Assembly (NCBI RefSeq): GCF_000143415.4
Contig: NW_003314344.1
Coordinates: forward strand, 574,106 to 638,105
From: Selaginella moellendorffii
Lineage: Eukaryota; Plantae; Lycopodiophyta
Direction of reading: 5' to 3'
DNA: 64,000 nucleotides
Within the stretch, counting starts at the first letter, position 1; the number at the start of each line of letters is the position of its first letter. The translations under genes and the position numbers were made by a program. Of the stretch, positions 38,251 through 48,776 are shown piece by piece. Under the pieces are notes generated by a model. That model saw only the letters and a program-made list of their open reading frames with translations. It was not told where the DNA came from and made no database searches.

Positions 38251-40185
38251 CACACGCTTGAACGTCACATCAAATCCTCTGACAAACCAGATCTTATGAT
38301 TCCTTTGACAAATTTCAAACTGAGTAGCTTCTAGACTTTGCTGTCGGACGTTGAACTTTGTCACATCATGTCCTTGCCTCGATCCAGCTGTGCCATGTCA
38401 GTGATTCGAACTTTGCCATGCCATGTCAGCGATCCGCGCCAAGATTATTCGCCGTGTAAAGGAATAATTATGCTGTGTGTGTACGTCCATTTATGGCAAT
38501 ATAAGGCCACACGCCATTCAAAGAATAATGCTAGTCGAGCATTTTTTTGTGCATTTTTGGGTTCAAAATTGCATGAGCCCACACGCTATAAAGTTTACCT
38601 GTACCAAAAATAGAAACAGCTTTATTTACTTGGGAATTTAAGTGGTTGAGGCATTTTTAAACTTACAAACACATGCCCTACTTACATTCCTTTGATTTTT
38701 TAAAATTCAAAAATATTATAAACCTTTCTTTTTGCATTTTCAATGTTTTCAATTATGGTTTTTGATTTTCGCAGGACCAGCCTAGTAATCTATTTGCATC
38801 CTGTCATGTTTATAGCTAGCTTTCGTTTGTCCCCTTCGCTAGCCTGAGATACATCTGCTTGGCATCTGCCTTTTACAGCATTTGCCCAGAAAGGGCATCT
38901 TTCTTCACGCAGCATTTGCCATATGTTTAGGGTTTAGGGTTTAGGGTTTAGCAATTCAGTAGCTTGATAAACATGCAAATACAAAACTTGATGCAAAATC
39001 CTTTGATATGTCACAATGCCCCTAGGACCATAAACACATTTCAATAGAGAGGGTCTTTTCATTTCATAACTCCTTACGTAGATCTTGGTGAAACCAGAGT
39101 TAGTGAAGTTAGTTTCTTGTGATCCCACATCTGATTGTGATGTCCCTTTGCAGTGTCGATGGAAAGGTCAATGCACACCAAACTGTAGAATCTTGGAGCA
39201 AAATAACGGTCGGATCTATGGCAAATGCCCCTAAAACATTGTAAGGCTTATGTGGTCTCATGTGGTGTCCGATTGAGATGTTTCTTTGCAGGGTCATCAA
39301 GAAGGACATTGAATACCATTTTGTAAAATCTAGTTACAATCTAACGGTTGGATCTCCAGAAAACTCAAAACAATCTCGCGTGTGTCAGAATATTCTAGGA
39401 ATATACTCCTATGTGCCCCTGAAAATGGCATGTGGCCCCACGCCATTCAAGAGATAACGCCAGATGATGCCGAGCATTTTTTGGTGCATTTTTTGGGATC
39501 AAAATTGCATGAGCCCACACGCTTGAACGTCACATCAAATCCTCTGACAAACCAGATCTTATGATTCCTTTGACAAATTTCAAACTGAGTAGCTTCTAGA
39601 CTTTGCTGTCGGACGTTGAACTTTGTCACATCATGTCCTTGCCTCGATCCAGCTGTGCCATGTCAGTGATTCGAACTTTGCCATGCCATGTCAGCGATCT
39701 GCGCCAAGATTATTCGCCGTGTAACTGCTCGGCATTTGCCTCTTACAGCATTTGCCTAGAAAGGGCATCTTTCTTCACGCAGCATTTGCCACATATTTAG
39801 GGAGGGTTTAGGGTTTAGCAATTCAGTAGCTTGATAAACATGCAAATACAAAACTTGATGCAAAATCCTTTGATATGTCACAATGCCCCTAGGACCATAA
39901 ACACATCTCAATAGAGAGGGTCCTTTTATTTCATAACTCCTTACGTAGATCTTGGTGAAACCAGAGTTAGTGAAGTTGGTTTCTTGTGATCCCGCATCTG
40001 ATTGTGATGTCCCTTTGCAGTGTCGATGGAAAGGTCAATACACAGCAAACTGTAGAATCTTGGAGCAAAATAACAGTCAGATCTATGGCAAATGCCCCTG
40101 AAACATTGTAAAGCTCGTGTGGTCTCATGTGGTGTCTGATCAAGATGCTTCTTTGCAGGGTCATCAAGAAGGACATTGTATACCA
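38251..40185. repeat. Internal direct duplication within the TIR element, with short telomeric repeats
   Basis: 38251-38457 is about equal to 39517-39723, and 38870-39310 to 39740-40180. (TTTAGGG)3 lies at 38926-38951 with a degenerate copy near 39797. Confidence 0.9.
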
Positions 40186-41071
40186 TTCTTTATTTAGCTG
40201 AACATCTGGCATTTTTGGAAATACAAGATGCTTTGGAATATCCAATCATGTATGGTATAAATATAGCGAGGGTTTTAAATGATATCCCAATCATGATCTT
40301 TCTTTTGGATTTCGCGTGCATGCACTTCGAGGAATGATGACGTTGCGGATTTCTTTTGGATTTCACATGTATACATGCGCGCGGCGATCCAGAAATTAAT
40401 GGTGGCGCCCAAGTCCGAGGAATGATGACGTTGCGGGATTACCAACCGTCGTGACATTTCGCGCGTGTGAGGTTAGGTTTTGCATTTTGCTTCGTACTCG
40501 CGCTCGCATCGCGCTCGCACTCGCGATCATGCTCACATTCGCGCTCATCTACCTTCTCTACAAGTTTCTCGTGTGCATCGGCGTCCACTCGCGCTTGCAT
40601 CACACTCGCGCTCGCATCGCGCTCGTGTGCATCGGTGTCCACTTCAAGACACACCCAGTTTGTAACTTCGCCGCCAACTCTGCCGCCCACTCCGCCACCC
40701 ACACGCAGTCCACTTGGCGTCCCGGGAGATTTCAGCGCCACTCTCCAACTGTAAGTGGCAGAGTAGCTTTGCTGCTACAATCCGCTGCACACACAGTGCA
40801 CATTCGCCAGCGAGTCCGGCCTCGATTGTCACGCCTCCATTCGGCTTCAAATGGTAAGTCTTTTAGGCCAAGTAGAAAATGGCATGAGGCCACATGCCAT
40901 TCAGTAGCAACATTGGCATGCACCGATTGGGCTCTCGAGTGCAGTCCGGTTACAGATGGCGTGTAGCCTCACGCCATCTTAGGATGCAGCCTCAAGACAT
41001 CTGATGCAGTGGTGAATGGCGTGTGGCCTCACGTTATTTCCAGCTGCTAGCTTTTCATCTGTCAGCTCTAA

Positions 41072-42985
41072 TTGTTGTGCATTTTTGAACAGGCGAGGAA
41101 TTGCGTTCTTCTTCCAGCCACTGTCAATGTGGATGCAGAGAAGGGGGAGGAGCTCACCAGTTGGACTTTCGGGATGGAAGGCGAGGATCTGAGGCTGTAC
41201 AACACAGATGGTGGGAGAAAAGAATGCATGGGGATCCTCATCCAAGTGACAGACACTCCATGCAGTTCCATGCAAGAATATGGACTGGCACTTGTGGTAG
41301 AGGCAGCGTCCGCCTTCAAGATCCACCTTGCACATCCTAGCGGCTTCCCAGAGGGGGGCAGCGGCTATGAGGAATTCCTAGAGGGAGCTAGGGAGAGGTT
41401 GTCCAGGAGGCCCACAATTTCAAAGACGCTGCGGGTCTATGAAGATCACATGGAATCCACGGACCTCACCTACGGCGATGTTCAAAAACTATATTCCAAC
41501 ATTGAGCCGTTGAGAGTGACTCCAGTTCGCGAAGCGAAGGGGAAGGGGGTCGATCTGGAAACTACCTCGAAGTAGAAAAGGGTGGTCAAGCTTAAGCCGA
41601 CGTCCGACTCTCCTGCTCCAAAAAAGAAGCTACTCGGTGATGCCATTGCCTCGGGTTCGAACACTACACCCACCAAAAAGAAGAGCCGCAAAGAGCAGAA
41701 AGAGCAAGAAGAGGCAGCAAAAATCGTCGCAGATAATAGTATTTGTTACTATTCCAACAAAGTATATATAATCAATGTGAGCCACATCGACATCCAAAGC
41801 AAATACAACCATAGGCTAGTATCTGATGAGTGGGTGGAGAAACTGAAGCAGAAGATGCTGGCAAGTCTAGTAACACCCGACATCGCAGACGTGATCCCCT
41901 ACTACCGAACAATGAAGGGCGAGACGAGGTTTCCAGACTTGATCAATAGGAAGGTGTTGGACGATCAGAACATCCGGTTCTATGCCGTCTCCGGGCAGCA
42001 TTCTAGCTTGGCGATGCAAGAGATAGTTGTGGATATTATGGTGGGCGAGGAGGTGAAGAAAGTCTTCAAGACAAGAGTTGTCCGCCTGATAAAAGGCAAC
42101 TCGCCCCTCCGATCTATCATATACATCTCCCACGCGCAGAATGTCAAGCAAGAAACGTGCTACAAATCGGGTCTGCACGAGACATTGGCACGAACACGGA
42201 AGCTCTGGGTTCAACTGAAGAAGCCACAAAAACCAGGACAAGGACGTGCACTAGCAACTAGCGCCTGGCAGGTAAGCCTCGTTGCATGTGGCATAGCATG
42301 TGGCCTCACGCCATTTCCATTGCAGGAATTCTCGAGTCTTCTCTCGAAAACACTGGGGGTCAATGACACACTCAGCATCCATAACATTCTACTCGCGACA
42401 AAAGTTGTTTTTGACAAATGGGTAGATGTGCTGAGGAGGTACCATGACGGGGAGTTGCCAAACTCAATGGGTGTGGAGGACGGCCGGAAGCTCAATGATT
42501 TGAAGCTCAACGCCTTGCGTTTCTTGCGGTCTCTAGACGACGACGACCTTCTGACAGTGGCTAATGCTCTTCTACGTGGTGAGGTAGTCTTCAACAAGAC
42601 CAAAATGACTCCCGGCCATATTGTGACATACGAGAACTTGTGCACGACTCTGAGAGCTCGTGCGTTATTAAAGGATTGGATCTTCGAGCAAGTGGCCATG
42701 GAGAGGGTGAGCATCGACACCACGCAAGAGATGATGGAAGAGCTGGAGTTGTCAAATGAAGACATCGACGAGTACGTGAAGGGGGCCCCAAAGTTCATCG
42801 TTCTGCTGCGGGATGCCACGAAAAGTAAAGCTGAGAAGTTGGATCAGTATCCAAATTTCATTAAGAGGGATGTCGACCGCTGGCTTCAGAAACAGCTCGA
42901 CCCCGCAGCAGAGGCCTATCGAGAACCTTACTGGGTATACGTGAATTCGGATTCGGATTCGGATGAAGAAATTGGACGACGATGA
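41072..42985 (+). pseudogene. Transposon-borne protein with a ParB/Sulfiredoxin-like (DGQHR-type) domain; one in-frame stop, probably 3'-truncated
   Basis: 41072..41575 and 41582..42985 are in the same frame across a TAG. YNHRLVSDEWVEKLKQKM...RFYAVSGQHSSLAM matches the ParB-N pattern. Basic NLS-like patches; 54-nt GT-AG intron at 42272-42325. Confidence 0.6.
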
Positions 42986-43177
42986 CAAGGAGAAGAGAGA
43001 GGTGAAGCAATGGCAGGGGGAGGCGAAGTGATTGAGTAGACATTTCCTTGTTTAAAATAAAATGGCATGTGCCTCAATGCAGTTGAATTTTGTTATATTT
43101 ATATACTATATAAAGGTTTGGAAACCTTATTTTACAAGTGGGATAATGACAATTCCCACTTTAACGAAATAGAGCTT

Positions 43178-44944
43178 ACATTACAACCAGCGAAAATGAA
43201 CTACTCCACGACAGAGAAGGAGTGTTTAGCAGTAGTTTGGGGTTTCGAAAAACTTCATGCATATCTACATGGTTCTTGGACGTTACTTGAAGGTGATCAT
43301 ACTGCTGTTACTTCATTATTAAAGTGGAAGAACCTGGTTAGTCGTACTGCTCGATGGGCTTTGAAACTTCAGATATATGATTTTGATGTTGTTCATCGCC
43401 TAGGGAGTTCTATGGCTGATGCTGATGCCCTTTCTCGAGCTCCTCTTTCTTCTCCATTCTCTTCTCGTGTTTCTGATGAGCCTGTTGTTCCAGCCTTTGT
43501 GGATTTTCTAGACGAGGATTCTGTGTCGTCGACGGTTGCTGTATTTAACATTCAGTGTCCACAAGGCACAAAGCAAGATCTACCTTCTCTTGATGAGGTT
43601 CACGAGGCTCAAAAGATTGAGCCGTGGATTCGAAAGCTTTGAGATGGGTTTGAGAATCCTGTATCACTTGCTGATGACTTGCCTTTTCGGCATTTACATT
43701 CTCAATATCGCCTTGAAGACGGCCTTCTTTATTTTCTGGGGATGGATCCTGATGATCATTTATGGCTGGTGGTGCCTTCTATCTTTATTCCGTGGTTTCT
43801 CCATGCCTACCATGATTCTCCTGTTCTAGGAGGGCATATGGGACATCGTCGTGTAACTGAGAAGTTGCGCAAGTTTTTCTATTGGCCAAAGATGCGACGT
43901 GATATTATCTGGTATGTGTGTAGCTGTGTTTGGTGCCAAGCTTTTAATACTCCCCCTCGGGCTGCGGAAGGACGGTTGGAGTCAATTTCAGTTTCCTGTC
44001 TATTTGAGTTGGTGGTGTTTGATCTTATGGGACCTTTTCCACGGTCGACTGCTGGCAATGAGTATGTTATTGTAGCTTCTGACTACTTGACTTGTTGGGT
44101 GGAAGTTGGTGCTCTTGCTAGTGCCTCTGCAACTGCTGTTGGATACTTCCTCCTCAATCGTGTGGTGTTCCAGCATTCTTGTCCAGAGCGGATTCTTTCG
44201 GATAATGGTCCTGCATTTATGGCTGAGGCATTTCATGTTTTGACGTCTCGGTTGGGGATACGCCACACTTTCACGAGTGTTTATCATCCACAATCAGATG
44301 GTCTAGTGGAACGGCTCGTTTGGACATTCAAGGGGATGATTGTGAAGTATGTGAACTTTCAGCATTCAGATTGGGATGGTTATTTGCCATCTTTTCGGTA
44401 CGCATATGTCATAGGGGTGCAGAGTTCTGTTGGTGCTTCACCATATGAACTCTTATATGGTCATGATCCAATATTACCAACGGACTTGGGTTTACCTTCG
44501 CAATTGCCACGAGCTACCGATGCTAGGTCATGGGATCAGTATTTGATGAGCATCCTTCCACTTATCTGAGCAGAGTCTGCCGAACACTTAGGCCATGTAC
44601 AAGGGGGACAACAACGGCGGTACATCTCCCATCATCGTCCTCCTGCAGAGTACAAAGTGGATGATTTGGTGTTAGTTCGTTTTCCCCATCTTACGGTACG
44701 TGGTTTATTTAAGGGGCTCCTTGCGCAGTGGAAAGGGCCATATCAGGTGTTGCGGCAAGTTGGACCACAAGTTTATGAGGTTCGGCATGATGTTCAGCAA
44801 GCCGATACTCCAGAGATTGTGTATGTGCAGCGGTTGAAACGCTTCATACAAAGGGATCAAGAGCAGTTAATACCACTTACAAATCTGCTGATGCCTCCTC
44901 CTGACGTTCCTCCAGATCCCGGCCCATCTACAAGAGAACCCTGA
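43178..44944 (+). pseudogene. pol 3' part (RNase H end, integrase) of the Ty3/gypsy element
   Basis: NYSTTEKECLAVVW, RTARWALKLQ, HHCC zinc finger (H...GGHMG...CVWCQ), DLMGP, SDNGPAF, YHPQSDGLVER and WKGPY; no chromodomain seen. Confidence 0.9.
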
Positions 44945-46526
44945 TGGTCTTCCATTATTCCGAGAGGAGGGGATGATGTGACCAAGTGTATGGCTACGAT
45001 GCCATATACTAATATTAGCGTAGTGGGATTTTGGTAGCTGTCGGATTGGTTTCAATCTGGACCACTCGCTCATGTATATAAGTTAGGGTTTTTGGGCTAA
45101 TTGATATGCACATTTCTGTATTCCCTTTCCATATTCCAAGCACTCACACTCTAAATTACTCCATTATCTCCATAATCCTCAAAATAAAATATTTTTTAAA
45201 ATGTGATAAAAATAACCTAATGAAATTTTAAACCCTTAGATATGGAGAATATCCAAGCATATTTTAGGATATTCTTTAATATATATGCAATCAAGCTTTA
45301 ATTCTAAATTATATTAGTACCTCACAAACGAGGTTCTCCAGGCATTGTAGCTGGCACTCCTCTGCAGCATCCACATGCAAAACCTCATCTCAATCCTGTG
45401 CTTAGGGCAGGGAAGTCTGCCAATGAGAGCTCTTTTCCATAGTGAGTGTGTCTTGGAATTCGCTAATTAAGCCAGATGAAGAGACAAATTTCATGGCTAC
45501 CTTTCAGCTTTTGCACAGAGATTGAGTAGCAGCATAGGAAGAAATATCTGGAAAGAATAGTGGTTCTAAAGAAGGATCCATGCTCAAGCTTCTAGTGCTG
45601 GCTATGGATCCAAAGTCTACCTGTCAAACATACTCATAAAGTGGTGTAGCAAGCTCATGGACTTTGGGTCCCAACTGTTCACTGGCAAGAAGCAGAAGTT
45701 TTTACTTGTCCTCAAGGCCGATAGCATCCAAACTGCAATGTTTAGAAAATGTACTTTGGGCAGTTTTGTTGCCATAAGTATGTTTGCTTTGATTTGCACA
45801 TCCTTGGCTTAAGTGGACTTTGGGCCAAGTGTAATTTTCAACTTCAAAGTTTATAAAGTTTTATCTGCAATCTTTCTTTATAGCTGCCTTTCACCTCTTT
45901 CTTTTGTGCGAATCATTGCTCTAGTTGGCCCCTTCTGTGATGCATTTTTGTAGCCAGAAAAATCTTGTAGAGGCAATAACTCATATCATAGTGTTCACTA
46001 TGTGTCACTCTTTTGGCTCTCACCCACGGCTATCCACTACCACCTTTTTGAAATCGGAGATGAGTACTCTGCACTAAATATTGGATCGCATCATGTATGT
46101 TTGGTGGGTATGATCTTTTATCTACTGGAGGCTGAAACATCCAAGTTTTGGGTATGTTCTTTGGTCCCAGTTCATGTCTAGTTACCAAATGGTAGGGGTT
46201 GAGGTTGAAATTGAGGAAAAAAATCCAACATGTCAAGAGTGAGCTCCTGGTGTACAACTAGAAAATCTCCCTTACAAATGTGGAAAAGAGATGCTCCAAG
46301 TAAACTGCAGCGCTAGTAAGTTCAGTGCTCAACGATTGCAATCGCTGTTATTCCTTAATTACCGTTTCTATCCAAAGAAAAGCCTGTTCAGCAGTGCTGC
46401 AGGTAATCTTTCCCATGGATGATCAGTTCACAGACCTAGGAGGAGCCTCCTCCACCTGGCCTTTGTACATATCAACCATGGTTAATATTAAACTTGAAAA
46501 TAATCAAGGCTCACTTGAAAATATAG

Positions 46527-48497
46527 TTACATGTCATCAACTGGCACTCCTCGTTTTCTAAGGATTCTCGTCCCTCGCTTAGCCTCTCCTCCAGAGAGCT
46601 TTCTCTTGTTCGCCATTTCCTGGCTAGCTCTCTTACTTCTTCGCAGAGGCAAAGGCCCAAGCGCTAGCATTGCAACCTGCGGAGAAGAACGAGCGTTGAT
46701 CCTCCTGCTAGATTCTTGTCTGCTGCTTCCTCCATCACCAGTCGGATCGATTGCGATCACAGCTATCTGGTTGCCTTCTCTTGCTGCTGCTTCGTTTCCC
46801 CCCTGTTCGTCGAGATCAATCACCAGAGGTGAGACTTGTAGCCTGGTGGCGGAGCGAGTCCGCATTCTTCTGTGAGCCTCAAGGTTTGTCTCTTCCACGC
46901 GTGAGACAGCTTCCAAATCCTTCCTCGACTTCTTGACGGGCTCTGTTTCGGCCATCTTAGAAGATCCGCGAGCTTGCTTCTCAGCTGTCTCCTCATGGGA
47001 CCTGTCTCGTCTTCTCGCTATTCTTTTCGGCTGTAGACGCTTTGGCTCTTCCACTGGTGCCGCCAACAGTTGCAGATTTCTATCGCCCTTGTCTTCCACT
47101 CCACCTTTACACTCTTGCTCTTCGCACTTTCGAGCATTTTCCACATTTCTCCTGTCTGTCCGCGATGAGGGGCTTCTTCGTACCAGAGTTCCCCGTTTCG
47201 TTGAAGATGCCGGCTTTTGTTGTTGTATCTGAGCGCTGGTATCCGTTGTTGAGGGAGCTAAAAATTCGTTGTCCGAGACCACAGCATCAGCACACTTGTC
47301 CTTAACAGCCACTGCTTCCGAAGGTAGAGATGGCATCTTTTGTTGTTGTATCGGAGCTAAAGTTTTGTTCTCTGTGACCACTGCGACCACAATCTCAGCA
47401 CACTTGTCCTCGACAGCCACTGCTTCCAAAGGTAGAGATGGCTCCCACGAGTACTCGATGCAATCGCTCGCCATCTCATTCCCTGGAGACGGCTCCTCCC
47501 CACTTCGTTTCTCGGGATTTCCCAGAAGATTGTCACCAGCCGGTACTCTGCTTTGCTGGTGGAGCAGCTCTTCGGATTCCTTGCTCTTTGGAGTGCTCGT
47601 TGGTTTCTCCGAGTTCTTCACCCGATCGTCGTCAACTGATCCATTACTCTTCGGTGCTTCTTTCTCAGCCAAATCCGGCTCAGCCACTCCCCGGTCAACT
47701 TGTTGTTCGTTGCCTTGAGGATCTAGATTGCCTGCTAGTCTCTTCTCTGTTACCTTGTGTGGATCGCTCGGTCGAGCCATTGCCCCCAATTGCTGCTGCT
47801 TGGTCTTCACTGGTGCGGCTTTTCCCTCCCTCGAGCGTTTTCTTTCGAGCTTCAAACTCGCTAGATCTTCTTTACTGGCACCCGAAGTGCTCGTTCCTGC
47901 TTCCTCCTCGATACTCGTCTTGTCGCATAACCTGTCATCGATGTCATCAATGCTTTCGCTTGGACGCTTCCTCTCGGCTTTGGCCCCGTCGTCGACCAAC
48001 AGGCTTCTCTCGAGCACAATCTCTTCTTTGTCAGGCATACTTTTCTCCACGATCTTGTGAAGTGCGTCAATAGATGGCACTGGATTTTCCGCACGATCAC
48101 CATTTTCGTCTCCACCATCTTTCTCGAGCTCACCATCATCCATTCTTTCCCGGCACGCCACTGGAATCCCGGCACCCTTCCTCTCACACTCTACCAATCT
48201 CTGGCTCCTCCTTTGCCGATCGCTACGCGGCTGGAGAATCCTCACACTACTCTTTCTCCTTGCCTGCTTCCTGGGCCGCGACAAGACGCTCTTGATCTGC
48301 CGTGCCTTGGCAAGCTCCTGGCGTAGACTCAGCGGCCTTCGCTCCTCCTCCTGCACTGGAGCAGCATTTGTTGGCCTGCCAATCGATCCTCCAGCTTCCA
48401 GGCAGCTCTCCAGGTCCAGCACCTCCATTTCCAGATCGAATCGGAGATGGGCCTCCATCTGCTCGAAGTAATCCGCGTCCGACACATTCCCTTCCAT
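46527..48497 (-). CDS. Large exon of a low-complexity, probably disordered protein of unknown function
   Basis: Open frame of more than 650 codons rich in E/K/R/S, first ATG at 48497, with an internal repeat (PSLP.EAVAV.DKCA.) and NLS-like motifs. Further exons toward about 45.3 kb are possible. Confidence 0.6.
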   Translation of the reverse strand: MEGNVSDADYFEQMEAHLRFDLEMEVLDLESCLEAGGSIGRPTNAAPVQEEERRPLSLRQELAKARQIKSVLSRPRKQARRKSSVRILQPRSDRQRRSQRLVECERKGAGIPVACRERMDDGELEKDGGDENGDRAENPVPSIDALHKIVEKSMPDKEEIVLERSLLVDDGAKAERKRPSESIDDIDDRLCDKTSIEEEAGTSTSGASKEDLASLKLERKRSREGKAAPVKTKQQQLGAMARPSDPHKVTEKRLAGNLDPQGNEQQVDRGVAEPDLAEKEAPKSNGSVDDDRVKNSEKPTSTPKSKESEELLHQQSRVPAGDNLLGNPEKRSGEEPSPGNEMASDCIEYSWEPSLPLEAVAVEDKCAEIVVAVVTENKTLAPIQQQKMPSLPSEAVAVKDKCADAVVSDNEFLAPSTTDTSAQIQQQKPASSTKRGTLVRRSPSSRTDRRNVENARKCEEQECKGGVEDKGDRNLQLLAAPVEEPKRLQPKRIARRRDRSHEETAEKQARGSSKMAETEPVKKSRKDLEAVSRVEETNLEAHRRMRTRSATRLQVSPLVIDLDEQGGNEAAAREGNQIAVIAIDPTGDGGSSRQESSRRINARSSPQVAMLALGPLPLRRSKRASQEMANKRKLSGGEAKRGTRILRKRGVPVDDM

Positions 48498-48776
48498 TGG
48501 CGCAAAAGCCCCGGAAGCAGCTGTCAATCTTGCCAGGGGAATCGACACCGCCGTGCTGGTGAGTCACGAGAGAGATCATCACTCCAGCGTCTAGCTAGCG
48601 AACTCCACACAGCCGCATTCTCACCTCCGATCAACGCCCATTCCCGAAGAACCCTAAAACCTCTTTTTTCTTTTTATGCTAAAAGCGGGAGTCTTGTTAC
48701 CGGATTCGAACTCTGGACAAGCTGGTCGACTTGTTGACTAGTCAAAGCCTAGTCTATGGAGTAAAAATGCTGGTCT

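Larger units (their letters stand above)
37645..43080. repeat. Dispersed 22-bp palindrome ATGGC(A/G)TG(A/T)GGCC(T/A)CA(T/C)GCCAT, about 11 copies
   Basis: Copies at 37645, 37715, 37813, 37911, 39425, 40879, 40956, 41016 and 42293; degenerate copies at 38493 and 43062. Confidence 0.9.
36437..43177. mobile_element. 6741-bp TIR DNA transposon, probably Sola-like, non-autonomous, inserted in the gypsy RNase H
   Basis: Perfect 24-bp TIR AAGCTCTATTTCGTTAAAGTGGGA (36437-36460, 43154-43177) and TSD ACAT. Removing it restores RNase H AYINRT-LQPAKMNYSTTEKECLAV. Boundaries are certain; the superfamily is inferred. Confidence 0.9.
32744..45148 (+). mobile_element. Ty3/gypsy LTR retrotransposon (decayed, three nested insertions)
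   Basis: LTRs at 32744-32920 and 44977-45148 (TG...CA), CTCT on both flanks, PBS TGGTGGAGGTGAGGGG, PPT GAGAGGAGGGGATGA, and domain order gag-PR-RT-RH-INT. Confidence 0.95.

Noticed and set aside
38926-38951. Chromosome end or fusion site
   Set aside because: Only three TTTAGGG units, lying inside a duplicated segment of a transposon.
41072-42985. Bacterial contamination explaining the ParB-like gene
   Set aside because: It has a spliceosomal-type intron and lies within a TIR element nested with a TSD in a plant retrotransposon.
36437-43177. CACTA/En-Spm classification
   Set aside because: The termini do not start with CACT, and the best-fitting TSD is 4 bp.
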